Positions 9,773 to 20,420 are shown, counted from the first letter of the stretch. The stretch: 64,000 nucleotides of DNA from Halobacteriovoraceae bacterium (GCA_963719505.1 CAVRCF010000001.1:128001-192000), one strand, 5' to 3'. The notes: generated from the letters alone by a model not told the origin. Translations and numbers: made by a program.

Positions 9773-10714
9773 TCATCCGATTGTTGGTGTTTTCACTTTA
9801 GAGAGAATACTCGATAGAATGTCATTTTTGTTTTTTCCAGAATACCTAGCTTCTGTGCTAAGACTGAGTCGGTGGTTAAGAACGAAAGGAGCAAGGTAGT
9901 AAACTGTTGAAGGTTTAACATAGCTTTCCCCTTTGATGAGGCTCAAAGAACGTGCGAGTTTTACCAAGGTCATGCTGGCCCTTGGACTAGCTCCAATTTT
10001 AATATCGGGATGATTTCTTGTGGCATCGACAATATCAACGGCGTATTCAAAAATTGATTCATCAACTTTTACCTGCTCAATGGCCGTTTTAATATAAATC
10101 AAGTCCTCCTCTTTTAAGACTGTTTTAATCTTCTCCATCGGATCTTGATTCATTCGTTTTTTTATAATTTCTAATTCATTTTTTTTATCTGGGTAACCAA
10201 GACTTATTTGAATGGCAAATCTATCGAGTTGGGCTTCTGGTAGAGGGAATGTTCCTTTTTGTTCTAGAGGATTTTGAGTGGCGATAGTGAAAAAAAGATC
10301 GTGGAGTTTAAAGTTTTTATTATCCATCGTCACCTGCTTTTCGGCCATGGCCTCAAGGAGTGCAGATTGTGTTCTAGGTGTGGCTCGATTTATTTCATCA
10401 GCTAAAAATACTGTTGTGAGCACCGGCCCCTTTAGAAGCTTAAATTTTTTAGAATCCGCATCGTAGATCATAGTTCCTGTCAGATCGCTTGGTAGCAGAT
10501 CAGGAGTAAACTGGGCCCTAGCGAAGTCGACACTTGTCGCTTTTGCTATTGATTTTGCCAAGATGGTTTTTCCCGTACCTGGAACGTCTTCCAATAGAAC
10601 ATGACCACCCGACATCCACGAGGCGATTATAAGTCTAATTTGCTCATCTTTGTCTTGAATGATACTCCCTACTTCGCAGCAGAGTCTTTCACTTAATTCA
10701 TAGGCTTTTTTCAT
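9773..10714 (-). CDS. moxR: MoxR-family AAA+ ATPase
   Basis: GHVLLEDVPGTGKT, QFTPDLLPSD, LADEINRA, ATQNP, FPLPEAQLDRF, GASPR. Confidence 0.93.
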   Translation of the reverse strand: MKKAYELSERLCCEVGSIIQDKDEQIRLIIASWMSGGHVLLEDVPGTGKTILAKSIAKATSVDFARAQFTPDLLPSDLTGTMIYDADSKKFKLLKGPVLTTVFLADEINRATPRTQSALLEAMAEKQVTMDNKNFKLHDLFFTIATQNPLEQKGTFPLPEAQLDRFAIQISLGYPDKKNELEIIKKRMNQDPMEKIKTVLKEEDLIYIKTAIEQVKVDESIFEYAVDIVDATRNHPDIKIGASPRASMTLVKLARSLSLIKGESYVKPSTVYYLAPFVLNHRLSLSTEARYSGKNKNDILSSILSKVKTPTIG

Positions 10715-10721
10715 AATCCTC

Positions 10722-10749
10722 ATATCGGCAACTTATTGATTTTGATTGA
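10722..10749 (-). promoter_or_regulatory. Sigma28-like promoter
   Basis: TCAA-N16-GCCGATAT directly upstream of moxR. Confidence 0.45.
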
Positions 10750-10799
10750 GGATAAAAGAAGATAAAACCCACTCTAAGCTGGGCTAAGGGGTTAAAATA

Positions 10800-11552
10800 A
10801 TGAATATTTATAAACTTATTGTGGCTTATAACGGCTCTTTTTTTAAAGGCTGGCAGACACAAGGTAAAAACCCCAATACCGCTCAAGAGTTTCTTACAGA
10901 GAAGATAAAAACGTCCCTTCGAACGGAGAAAATTCACCTCTACGGAGCGAGTCGAACAGACTCGTCTGTCCATGCCTCCTTCCAGGTCGCAAGACTTGAA
11001 ACTGAAAAAGAAATTGAGCCCGATAATTTTATTCGTGGATTTAATCAGGCATGGGGAGAAAAAATAAAGATTTTAAGTTTAGAGCTCACTTCCTCCGATT
11101 TTAATCCTCTTCACAATATTGACTACAAAGAATATCACTACTCATTTGCTCTCACCGAACCCCACCCACTTGTTTCAAGTCACGTTTTTTATCAACGGGA
11201 AAATCTTGATATTGATTTAATTGAAAAAGCCATTAGCCTTATTCCGGGTGAGCACGACTTTAGTTTTTTAAGCGTTAAGGGCTCGGGAAGCGAAAATCGG
11301 ATAAGAGTTGTTAAAAGCTGTGAACTTGTCAAAAAAATCGATTCGACTGGTGAAGAAATTTTTGTCGTTAAAATACAAGCCCGTGGTTTTTTAAAGTATA
11401 TGGTAAGAATGATTGTTGATGCACTTTTTAGAGTTGGAACGGGTGAGCTTTCCCTCTCTCAGCTGAAAGCTCAATTAAGTGGTGTTAAAGCCTTTGAACC
11501 AAAGAAGGCAAAGGCTTTAGGTTTAAATCTCTTCTTTATTCGGTATGAATAG
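10800..11552 (+). CDS. truA: tRNA pseudouridine(38-40) synthase TruA
   Basis: AYNGSFFKGWQ, ASRTDSSVHA, GEHDF, GFLKYMVR. Confidence 0.9.
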   Translation: MNIYKLIVAYNGSFFKGWQTQGKNPNTAQEFLTEKIKTSLRTEKIHLYGASRTDSSVHASFQVARLETEKEIEPDNFIRGFNQAWGEKIKILSLELTSSDFNPLHNIDYKEYHYSFALTEPHPLVSSHVFYQRENLDIDLIEKAISLIPGEHDFSFLSVKGSGSENRIRVVKSCELVKKIDSTGEEIFVVKIQARGFLKYMVRMIVDALFRVGTGELSLSQLKAQLSGVKAFEPKKAKALGLNLFFIRYE

Positions 11553-12260
11553 CTTAGAGCCCAAGTTTCCTAAAATAAAGAAAACAAGAAGAATCCCAAG
11601 TGCTCCAATAAAGAGCCACAAAGCCCATCCTACAGCACCAAAAAGAAGTGCAACAAGGGCAGAGATAATTGCTAAAACAGGAACTCCAACAAAGATGATC
11701 AGATAGATCAAACCAGAATTCCCACCATCAACTAATGTTTCACATGTTTCAATTGAGTTTTTCATCGTCAATAGATAACTCTCCATAGATCCAGCACTGG
11801 TAAGAATACTTTCGAGTTCATTTAAGCCATGAGTAACATGTATTGGATTGAGAGAATCTTTTAGACCTTTAACAAAATCTTTAAACGTTAATTCTGGAAA
11901 GCTTTTCTTCGCTTTCCTATAGGCTTTATTAACTCTTCTATTTCGTTTTAATATTTTTTTAGTCATCTTTGCTTGACGATATTTTACTTGTTTAAATTTT
12001 CTGCTCTCCGTCTTGATAGATTCGGATAACGATTCATTTGATGATCGAGCTTTTTCAATTCTTGTATCAATTTTTTTAAGAAGCTCTTTTGTATCTTGTG
12101 ACTCGCAAGAGTTGGATTTATTTTTTTGATACTCTGTGGTGTTATTGAGTTGAGTAAAAACTTGATAGATGTCACTTTGAACATTGGCATAGGTATGTTG
12201 GGCCAAAACAAGAGTAGTAGAAATCATATAAGTAAGAATGAATGCGGTTATTTTTTTCAT
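11523..12260 (-). CDS. Hypothetical protein with signal peptide and two C-terminal TM helices
   Basis: ORF with AGGAG SD; hydrophobic C-terminus. Confidence 0.7.
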   Translation of the reverse strand: MKKITAFILTYMISTTLVLAQHTYANVQSDIYQVFTQLNNTTEYQKNKSNSCESQDTKELLKKIDTRIEKARSSNESLSESIKTESRKFKQVKYRQAKMTKKILKRNRRVNKAYRKAKKSFPELTFKDFVKGLKDSLNPIHVTHGLNELESILTSAGSMESYLLTMKNSIETCETLVDGGNSGLIYLIIFVGVPVLAIISALVALLFGAVGWALWLFIGALGILLVFFILGNLGSKLFIPNKEEI

Positions 12261-12313
12261 TTGAATCTCCTAGGCGTTATTTTTATCAATAAACGACCTA
12301 AAAAGACAAGTAA

Positions 12314-12333
12314 AGCCTCCCAGGCGGGAGGCT
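12314..12333 (-). terminator. Hairpin, probable terminator of the symporter gene
   Basis: AGCCTCCC-AGGC-GGGAGGCT 8-bp stem 15 nt after the stop; weak U tail. Confidence 0.55.
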
Positions 12334-12347
12334 AAGTATCTGGAATC

Positions 12348-13778
12348 TTAATCTTTTCTTTTTAATTCACCTTCTGAATGAGCAATTACCGTTGAAACAG
12401 TCGCGTCACCAGTAACATTTACCACGGTTCGGCACATGTCTAAGATCCTATCAACAGGAAAGACGATGGCGATCCATGCGGGATTGAGTCCAACTGACTG
12501 TAGAACAATAATCATCATAACCAGCCCAGCACTTGGCACAGCTGCTGCACCAATCGAAGACAAAGTCGCCGTCATTACAATGGTAAGCTGTTGGGCCATA
12601 GAAAGATCCACCATGTGAAGCTGAGCTAAAAAGACCACAGCTACAGCTTGATAAAGACTTGTTCCGTCCATATTAACCGTTGCCCCAATTGGAAGAACAA
12701 AACTAGCAACCTTATTAGAAACTCCAACATTATCTTCTAAACACTCCATTGTTACAGGAAGAGTCGCTGCGGAAGAACTCGTTGAAAAAGCTAAGAATTG
12801 AGCCGGTGATATATCTTTAAAAAATTGAGTGTACTTAAATGTCTTAACAAAAAGACGACATACAAGTGGGTAGATAACAAAAACCATCAGAGCAAGACCT
12901 ACAAAAACTGTGAGAGAGTAAGAGCTCAAACTTTTGAAAATTTCCAAAACTTCAGCTGGAGTATCAGCCATTTTCGCAATAACTCCTGCTAATAAACAGA
13001 AGACAAAAAATGGCGCAGCCTTCATTATAATATCAACCATCTTTAAAAAGACATCATTAGTGGCATCAATGATTTTTATGAGATCTCCCACTTTCTCTTT
13101 GGGAAGAAGAGCGAGAGTTAGTCCAAAAAAGATCGCAAAAAAGATAACCTGTAACATGAGTTTATTATTAGAAACTGATGACATGACATTTTCAGGAACC
13201 ATATCTACGACAAACTGCAGTGGTCCTGCACTTTTAGTTTGATTGGCCGTCTTTAGTTTTTCAGCAACGCTTTTTGGTTTTACGCTTACTTGTTTTTTTA
13301 ATTTATCAATCTCTTCATTTGAAAGAGCCGATTCGAGTTGTCCTCGATACTGAGGATCTTTTAAGAAGCTTCTTCCATCTTTAGGCATCCCACCGGTGGT
13401 GTCTTCAACCCAAAGTTCATACTTAACCCTATTTTTAATTCTTTGTTCTTCTTCGATAAAATTTCCAGGCTTTATAACATTGACCAGAAGAAGACCCACG
13501 CCAATAGCGAAAATCGTCGTTGCGAGATAGAAAAGTAAAGTCTTTCCACCCATTCGCCCAAGAGTTGATACGTCTTTTAAACTCGCCACTCCACTAATGA
13601 TAGAGAAAAGCACCAAAGGCACAGCGATAAATTTTAAAACCCTAATGAAGATCTTTCCAAAAGGATCAATCCAATCGATTGTAAATTGATTCCAACCCAG
13701 AGAGCTGGAAATAAAAGAGTAGACGACCCCTAAAACTAGGCCAATAATAATTTTAAAATGCAGTGGCATTGCTTTCAT
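12348..13778 (-). CDS. Dicarboxylate/amino acid:cation symporter (DAACS, GltP/GltPh family)
   Basis: AFSTSSSAATLP, LPIGATVNMDGT, DRILDMCRTVVNVTGD. Confidence 0.93.
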   Translation of the reverse strand: MKAMPLHFKIIIGLVLGVVYSFISSSLGWNQFTIDWIDPFGKIFIRVLKFIAVPLVLFSIISGVASLKDVSTLGRMGGKTLLFYLATTIFAIGVGLLLVNVIKPGNFIEEEQRIKNRVKYELWVEDTTGGMPKDGRSFLKDPQYRGQLESALSNEEIDKLKKQVSVKPKSVAEKLKTANQTKSAGPLQFVVDMVPENVMSSVSNNKLMLQVIFFAIFFGLTLALLPKEKVGDLIKIIDATNDVFLKMVDIIMKAAPFFVFCLLAGVIAKMADTPAEVLEIFKSLSSYSLTVFVGLALMVFVIYPLVCRLFVKTFKYTQFFKDISPAQFLAFSTSSSAATLPVTMECLEDNVGVSNKVASFVLPIGATVNMDGTSLYQAVAVVFLAQLHMVDLSMAQQLTIVMTATLSSIGAAAVPSAGLVMMIIVLQSVGLNPAWIAIVFPVDRILDMCRTVVNVTGDATVSTVIAHSEGELKRKD

Positions 13779-14005
13779 AAAACCTCAGTAAATAAATTTA
13801 AGAATAATACCTATTAGGTTAACACCTATTGCATTTTTGTAAATGCCCGAAAAGACTGCTCTTGGTTAGGATATTTGACTCTTTCCTCAGATCTTGGATA
13901 TCCCCTAATAGCGCTCTAGTAGTGTGTAATTCCTACAGAAGCTCTTGAGTATGACGCAAAACAACATAGAATTAACAAATCAACTCCCTAGCCATAAAGA
14001 GGATC

Positions 14006-14491
14006 ATGACCAAACTGTTTTTATTTACATTTTCATGCTTACTTATCTCATTCAATAGTTTTGCATATTGTAAAATCAACCAGTTCGGCCATAGTTTGTG
14101 TAAGGGAGAGAAAGCTCTTCTTGTCGTTGATTCAACTAATAAGGAAGACAGAAACGATAATCTTATCAAGGTCTACAAACCTATCTTTATAAAATCTCTT
14201 CACGTTCACGAGCCAATTGCCGAAATTTCAGGAAAGGGCATTAAGACTCAGAAGGTCCATATCGATAATTTACTGGGCAATAAGCTTTGTGAAGACAGTG
14301 ATTTTTGTTACGGGCAAAAAGTTATTATAAAAGACAATTGTGGCTCAGAAGACACTGACAAATCTTACAAAGTTTTAAAAGTTTATGAGGATCAAGAGCT
14401 TTCAGAGGATATCATTGAAGTTTCTCGTGGAAGTTTTGTTTTTAAAACCACTAAGATCTTTAACCAAAGTTGTATTCAAGAGAAAATCTAA
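14006..14491 (+). CDS. Secreted hypothetical protein, Cys-containing
   Basis: Signal peptide, GAGGA SD. Confidence 0.7.
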   Translation: MTKLFLFTFSCLLISFNSFAYCKINQFGHSLCKGEKALLVVDSTNKEDRNDNLIKVYKPIFIKSLHVHEPIAEISGKGIKTQKVHIDNLLGNKLCEDSDFCYGQKVIIKDNCGSEDTDKSYKVLKVYEDQELSEDIIEVSRGSFVFKTTKIFNQSCIQEKI

Positions 14492-15666
14492 TTCAATATC
14501 TCAAAGAACTTTGAATTTGATTTAGATACTGTTTGAGCATTTTGAACCTCTCCTCCCCCTGTTATTTTTAAAAATAAGCTCGCTAGCATAACAATCCGAT
14601 GATCGGGTGAGGTCTCAATAACCTGTGTATTTTTCAAGATCTCTTCTCCATAAATCTCAATTGAGTCAGACACGACTTTAAACTTCACTCCAAACTGATC
14701 CAAGACATGACAAATACCTGCCACCCTATCGGATTCTTTATAATGAAGATTTTCAATATTTCGAATAACGGACTTCCCTTTTATATTCGCTGCTAAAAAA
14801 CACAGATTGGGTATTAGATCCAGGCACTGAGAACCATCAATATCAAAAGGCTTTAAGTTGGACTTATTCACCTCTAAGTGAGGAGAAAATTTTAAATCAC
14901 AACCACAAGACTTTAAAAGAGAGATCACCTTTGAGTCCGCTTGCAGTTGATCAACTTCCAAAATTTGAGGAAAGCTCATATCTTGAAGGACGCTCGCCAG
15001 GATAATGAATGAAGAAGCTGAACTCATATCTACGGGAACAATTTGTTTTGATTTCAAATTTTGTAAAACATATTTCGTCATCTCTATATAGGCTTTTGAG
15101 CTATTGATATTTGTTAAAGCAATATGGACAGGGTGAAAGTGTGCGATGATTAAAAAAGATGAAGCCACTTGAGTTGTCTGAGAGCAGTCGATCTTTATAG
15201 ACTCAGGAAGCTTTAGTGGTCCTTGAATCGTGCCAAGCTCATCTTCTTTATCGCTTAGTTCAACCTTGGCCCCTAGGCCCGCGAGTAAGTTTAGCTGGTC
15301 CTGAAATGGTCTGGATTTAAATCTTGGATGAACTTTTAATCGATAAGCGTTTTTTCCTAAAGCCAATAATGATAAAAGAAAGCGAATGGTGGTTCCCCCT
15401 TCTCCCAGATCAATCTCTATAGGTGAATTAGATTCTCTTTCATCGTTTGGAAAAGATTTATCAATAATAAAACTATCTTTGTCCCAATAACCAATACCCA
15501 ATACTTCCACAATATTGATGAACTCCATTGAATCTTGGCTTTTAGGAATATCCGTAATTTTTATTTCCGACGGAGACAACATTCCGGCCATCAGCATTCG
15601 AGCAGCATAGGACTTTGAGCTTGGAACAAGAACTGGATTCTCTAATTTACGCGAAGAAATGATCAT
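14488..15666 (-). CDS. aroA: 3-phosphoshikimate 1-carboxyvinyltransferase (divergent)
   Basis: PSSKS..R, GEGGTTIR, RP, DMSSA, KESDR, DHRI, VSKS; overlaps aroB. Confidence 0.85.
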   Translation of the reverse strand: MIISSRKLENPVLVPSSKSYAARMLMAGMLSPSEIKITDIPKSQDSMEFINIVEVLGIGYWDKDSFIIDKSFPNDERESNSPIEIDLGEGGTTIRFLLSLLALGKNAYRLKVHPRFKSRPFQDQLNLLAGLGAKVELSDKEDELGTIQGPLKLPESIKIDCSQTTQVASSFLIIAHFHPVHIALTNINSSKAYIEMTKYVLQNLKSKQIVPVDMSSASSFIILASVLQDMSFPQILEVDQLQADSKVISLLKSCGCDLKFSPHLEVNKSNLKPFDIDGSQCLDLIPNLCFLAANIKGKSVIRNIENLHYKESDRVAGICHVLDQFGVKFKVVSDSIEIYGEEILKNTQVIETSPDHRIVMLASLFLKITGGGEVQNAQTVSKSNSKFFEILN

Positions 15667-16606
15667 AGCAATCTGCCTTCAGGAGCAACTCATTTAACTT
15701 TTCCATTTCCACACCCAAGGTTTCGTATTCACCTCGTTTTTTAAAAGTGATAAAACGAATTTCACCCTCTTGAGTATTCTTCTTATCAAAAGTGAGAAAA
15801 TTTAAAAACTCTTCTCTATCTAGGGATAATTTTGGGATAACCAAATCAAAACCCTTTATCGCTTCATTGAAAAAACTCTCAAGGGAGGGAGAGAATAGAG
15901 AAATATTTAATTTTATACCTATAAGGACACAGAGACCGTGGGACAAAGAAGTCATTTTTTCCACAGCATGACCAAAGGTATGTCCATAATTTAAAACTTC
16001 TCTTTGACCCTTTTCATTAAAATCCCGAGCAACGATACTCTCTTTTAAAGTCGCGCATTTAAAAATCAATTTCTCATGGGACAAAGAAAGATCGAGTTTG
16101 GCATCGATAAAAAGATACTTAACCATCTCACCAAGACCTGAGTGATAATCTTTTTTATCGAGAGTTTTTAGAAAGTCTAGAGTAGTGATATTTTTAATTG
16201 GGGCATGAAAGGATCCAATCAGGTTTTTACCTTGAACTGTATTGATTCCAACCTTTCCTCCAATAGAGGCGTCGATCATGGATAAAAGAGTTGTGGGAAC
16301 GACGGCCCAATCAACTCCTCTCAAAATCGTACTGGCCACAAACCCACCCAGATCACTTGTTGCACCACCACCGATAACAACAAGAGTGGAACTTCTTTTT
16401 ATTCCATTACCTAAGAAAAAATTTGTCACTTTTTCAAAGACCTCTAAAGATTTAGATTCTTCAGGTGACTCGACAAAAAACACCTTTTTATCAATAAGAA
16501 AACTCAGGTGCTCCTTATACAGACCATAGACTTTAGCATCTATAATGAAATACTCATTATGATTGAAATTTTCGTTTAATAGAGTAAAATTACCTAACCT
16601 ATGCAT
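15647..16606 (-). CDS. aroB: 3-dehydroquinate synthase
   Basis: GGGATSDLGGF, PTTLLSMIDASIGGKVG, KNLIGSF, LNYGHTFGHA, DKK; start at 16606 or 16633. Confidence 0.92.
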   Translation of the reverse strand: MHRLGNFTLLNENFNHNEYFIIDAKVYGLYKEHLSFLIDKKVFFVESPEESKSLEVFEKVTNFFLGNGIKRSSTLVVIGGGATSDLGGFVASTILRGVDWAVVPTTLLSMIDASIGGKVGINTVQGKNLIGSFHAPIKNITTLDFLKTLDKKDYHSGLGEMVKYLFIDAKLDLSLSHEKLIFKCATLKESIVARDFNEKGQREVLNYGHTFGHAVEKMTSLSHGLCVLIGIKLNISLFSPSLESFFNEAIKGFDLVIPKLSLDREEFLNFLTFDKKNTQEGEIRFITFKKRGEYETLGVEMEKLNELLLKADCYDHFFA

Positions 16607-16650
16607 AGGAATTTCTACCGCATAATGGTCCATTTGAAAAAGGCTAACTC

Positions 16651-17370
16651 ATGAGTGCTGAAAACTTCAAAATTCTCAAGGAAATCAATAGCTTGACGAC
16701 GAAGGTGAATGAAATCAATGATTTAGTGTCTAAAGAAAGTAAACGCCTGCGCTTTATTGAGGGTAATAGAATAGATCGCCAAGACGAGATGACCCTTGCC
16801 CAAAAAAATCTGGATCATTATAAAAAAGACATGACCAAAATAGAAAATGAGATCAGCACCCTAAGTGCGAAAATCGATAAAGACAAAGAAAGTCTGCAAG
16901 GTCTATCTGAAGAATCTTCCATTACATCAATGGAGAAACAAATCGCGGAATTAGAGACGAAAAGAATAAAACTTGAAGATGAGATTTTTGTAATTTTAGA
17001 AAAAGCAGAAGCTGAAGAACAAAATATCAAGGAAGCACAAAGTTTTTTAGAAGGATCATTGAGAAGTCTCAATGAAATAAAAAAAGATGTTAATGCTAAA
17101 AATGAAGGCTATCAAAAAGAGCTGGATTCTCTTCTCAATAGAGTGGGGCTTTTAAAAGAGAGTCTTCCCATTCAGTTTCAAACTAAGCTTGAACAAGTCC
17201 TAAGTAAAAAAGTTCAAATCTCAAGTTTTACCCGTATCAAATCTAATACCTGTGAGTTCTGTAAACGCGATATCAGTCGAATGGAAGAGACTGAAATCGA
17301 ACAAAAGCTTGCGCTCAAGACTTGCCAAGGCTGTGGAAGAATCTTTATTCCTGCAGCTGCTTCTTTCTAG
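16651..17370 (+). CDS. Coiled-coil protein with C4 zinc ribbon (CT398/HP0958-like)
   Basis: Long coiled coil, then CEFC...CQGCGRI. Confidence 0.85.
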   Translation: MSAENFKILKEINSLTTKVNEINDLVSKESKRLRFIEGNRIDRQDEMTLAQKNLDHYKKDMTKIENEISTLSAKIDKDKESLQGLSEESSITSMEKQIAELETKRIKLEDEIFVILEKAEAEEQNIKEAQSFLEGSLRSLNEIKKDVNAKNEGYQKELDSLLNRVGLLKESLPIQFQTKLEQVLSKKVQISSFTRIKSNTCEFCKRDISRMEETEIEQKLALKTCQGCGRIFIPAAASF

Positions 17371-20300
17371 ATCTTTTATCGACAAAATCTATATATATTT
17401 TATAACAAGCCGGTACAAAGATAAGTGTAATAAGTGTTGAAAAAAGAAGTCCGTAGGCAAAGCTTGTGGCCATTGGTTTTAAGAAGGGATCTCCACCACT
17501 GGAATGGGCAACGGGGAGAAGTCCTGCAACAGTTGTCACCGTTGTTAAAATAACTGGTCTAAATCGACTTACTGTTGCTTTAACCAAAGATTCAATAGAG
17601 TGGTCTTCTTCTTGTAGAGTTCTATTGATAAAAGTGACTAAAACAATTGAATCGTTAATCACAACTCCAACCAAACCGAGCATCCCCATTAAGGCCATAA
17701 AGCCTATCGGTAAACCAAAAATTAAAAATGCTCCCACAACTCCAATGAAACCAAATGGTATCGCCGTCATTATAATAAGAGGCTGTGCCATTGAAGAGAA
17801 TTGAACGACAAGCATAATAAAAATAATAAACATAGATGCCACGAGGGCTTTTTTAAAGCTCGCAAGTGAGTCTGCAGTATCCTTACTCTCTCCAGTAAGC
17901 TCAAAAGTTAATCCTTCATAATCCTCTAAATGCTTCTCTACGATAGGTTTAATTTTTTCATTTATTTTTATGGAAGTGGTTTTCTTAAGGTCGATATCTC
18001 CGGAGATGGACATAACTCTCTTCCTATTTAGTCTTCTTATAAGATAAGCCCCGTCAACCTCTTCAAAACTGGCTAAACTTGTGAGCTTTATGCGACGACC
18101 TTGTTCATTTAAAACTCTGATTTTATCTATCGTGTCTTGAGTCGATCTCGCTTCGAGATCAAAGCGCACAACGATATCAATATCTTCATCGTCTTTTTTT
18201 ACTGTGGTCGCGACTTCCCCTTCGAAAGCTCGTCTTAACTCGAGAGCAATCTGTCTATTAGATACGCCCAGACGTCTTGCTTCTTTTTCGTTTATTGTCA
18301 CAATAATTTGTGTCTTCCCCACCTCGTAGTCGAGCTCAGAGGCAATAATTCCATCAAGTTTATTAATCTTTTTTTGAAGGGACTGAGAAGCTGTTAGTAG
18401 CTGTTTTAAATTGTCTCCATAAAGCTCTATATTGGCCGGCTTGCCCTGGGGAGGACCATTCTTTCTAGCATCTACTGTGTATTGGAATGACTTTGTGATT
18501 ACTTTATCGATACCATCGCCGAGAATTTTCACGATATCTTTTGTCTTTCGCTCTCTTTCATCATTGGGAGTTAACTCAATATTTATCGAGCCATAGTGAG
18601 AGCCACTTTTACTTCTTCCGCCTGGAAAACTTTGAAAGCCTGAAATTGTTCTCACACCTTCAAGTTCACTTTCTTTTAAAGAGTCAAAAACAACTGACTC
18701 AATTTTCACAAGCTCTTCTTTTGTAATCTCAAAAGGGGTACCAACTTCACCTTTTACATTAACCGTTATTTGAGTGACATCATCTGAAGGGAAAAGTTCA
18801 AATCTCATATTTTTAGCCGCAAAGATTGCAGCGACAAAAAGAAGACTAAAGAGAAGAACGGTTAGCTTTGAACTTCGCAGGCAAAACTCTAGAAATCTCT
18901 GGTAGACATTTTGAAGTGGCTTATACCATCTATCTTTTTCAATATCTTCTTTTTTTATCTTCGAAGCAAAATCAGCTAAATGCCCAGGCAGAATAATAAA
19001 ACACTCAAACCAGCTTGCCGCTAAAGCAATGATAACAACAGCGGGCACGGGCCATAAGAACTTCCCCATGATTCCGTCCATAAAAAAGAGAGATCCAAAA
19101 GCCACCATTGTTGTGAGGACAGTCGCCGTCACCGGAGCGAGAGTATCCATAGCCGCTTTCTTTGCGGCATCTTTTGGCGGATAACCTTTTTCTAAGTTTT
19201 GATAATACTGCTCGGCCACAATAATGGAGTCATCAACCAACATCCCAAGGACCATAATAAGACCAAACATAGAGATTAAGTTAATCGTAATATTAAAGGA
19301 GTCCATAAGACTGAAAGCCACTAAAAAGGCAAAAGGTGCCCCAAGAGCTGTAATAATAGAGACCCTAAGGTTCATAAAAAGAAGTAAACAAACTGTAACG
19401 AGACCAATCCCTAAGATTCCATTTTCTGTCAAAATCCCTAGCCTTCTTTTTACATAAAAAGAGAGATCATTATAAACCTTATATCTCACTCCAATTTTTT
19501 TCGACTCAGTTTCAAAAGTCTCTTTGATAAACTCAGCAGTTTCTAAAACATCCGCAGAGTTTTTAACCGAAATATCCAAAAAGATCGCAAGCTCTTTGTT
19601 TGAACGATCCTCTCTTGTTTTATCTTTTAATACCCTTGAGACAACTGCAACGTCAGAAACCTTTATTCCTGATCCTAAATCATTGGCGCGAATAAAAATA
19701 TTACCGATATCTTCTAAACTTTCATTTTCAACCAAGGTTCGGACAAGCTTTTCATTATTTGCCCCCTTAATATTACCAGCTGATACGTTCGTTTGCCTGT
19801 CTCTAATGGCTTGAACGATCTCACCTAATGAAATGTCGTACTGCTGAGTTTTATCTATTTTGACTTGAACATCAATCGTCTCATCACGATAGCCTTGAAG
19901 TGTAACTCTCGAAACCCTCCTATCCAGTTCAAGCTTGTCCCTTAGATGCTTTGCTTTTTCTCTCAAAACAAGTTCGTCTTGACCAAAAATGGCAAAATTC
20001 ATAAGGGCCCTATTCTTATTACTAGCTTTGGTTACGATAGGGCGATCCACATCTTCAGGCAGATCTTCGAGCTTATCCATGGCATCTTTAACTTCGTCTG
20101 CAACTTCATCAGTTGAATAATCAGGATCAACCTTTATTGAGACGATTGTTCCCCCCTCGGCACTGAGAGTATTCATCTCTTCAATTCCGTCCACCTCTTT
20201 GAGAGCTCTTTCCATATCGATACTTAGAAGTTTCTCGACATCCTCAGGTGCTGCTCCTGGATAGGTTGCTCTAATGATGACATAATTAAAGTCAACATTT

Positions 20301-20416
20301 GGAAAAGTCTCTTTGTTCAAAGAAAAAAAGGATATCCCCCCCATCACAATAATCAGTAAAGTCAGGAGATTGACGACAACGGAGTTTTCAACAAAATAAT
20401 CTATTATTTTTTTCAT
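17345..20416 (-). CDS. RND efflux transporter permease (AcrB/AcrD/AcrF family)
   Basis: 1023 aa; GMLVDDSIIV, GVVINDSIVL, RFRPVILT. Confidence 0.93.
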   Translation of the reverse strand: MKKIIDYFVENSVVVNLLTLLIIVMGGISFFSLNKETFPNVDFNYVIIRATYPGAAPEDVEKLLSIDMERALKEVDGIEEMNTLSAEGGTIVSIKVDPDYSTDEVADEVKDAMDKLEDLPEDVDRPIVTKASNKNRALMNFAIFGQDELVLREKAKHLRDKLELDRRVSRVTLQGYRDETIDVQVKIDKTQQYDISLGEIVQAIRDRQTNVSAGNIKGANNEKLVRTLVENESLEDIGNIFIRANDLGSGIKVSDVAVVSRVLKDKTREDRSNKELAIFLDISVKNSADVLETAEFIKETFETESKKIGVRYKVYNDLSFYVKRRLGILTENGILGIGLVTVCLLLFMNLRVSIITALGAPFAFLVAFSLMDSFNITINLISMFGLIMVLGMLVDDSIIVAEQYYQNLEKGYPPKDAAKKAAMDTLAPVTATVLTTMVAFGSLFFMDGIMGKFLWPVPAVVIIALAASWFECFIILPGHLADFASKIKKEDIEKDRWYKPLQNVYQRFLEFCLRSSKLTVLLFSLLFVAAIFAAKNMRFELFPSDDVTQITVNVKGEVGTPFEITKEELVKIESVVFDSLKESELEGVRTISGFQSFPGGRSKSGSHYGSINIELTPNDERERKTKDIVKILGDGIDKVITKSFQYTVDARKNGPPQGKPANIELYGDNLKQLLTASQSLQKKINKLDGIIASELDYEVGKTQIIVTINEKEARRLGVSNRQIALELRRAFEGEVATTVKKDDEDIDIVVRFDLEARSTQDTIDKIRVLNEQGRRIKLTSLASFEEVDGAYLIRRLNRKRVMSISGDIDLKKTTSIKINEKIKPIVEKHLEDYEGLTFELTGESKDTADSLASFKKALVASMFIIFIMLVVQFSSMAQPLIIMTAIPFGFIGVVGAFLIFGLPIGFMALMGMLGLVGVVINDSIVLVTFINRTLQEEDHSIESLVKATVSRFRPVILTTVTTVAGLLPVAHSSGGDPFLKPMATSFAYGLLFSTLITLIFVPACYKIYIDFVDKRSRKKQLQE

Positions 20417-20420
20417 TTAA

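Noticed and set aside
9528..9776. 82-aa ORF starting at the moxR stop (ATGA)
   Set aside because: Overlaps DUF58 out of frame; it may be the true DUF58 start separated by another +1 error, which cannot be decided without reads
13779..14005. Possible riboswitch in the symporter/hypothetical intergenic region (GACGCAAAAC, GGATAT...ATATCC)
   Set aside because: No complete c-di-GMP-I, glycine or other aptamer architecture could be built by eye; needs an Rfam scan
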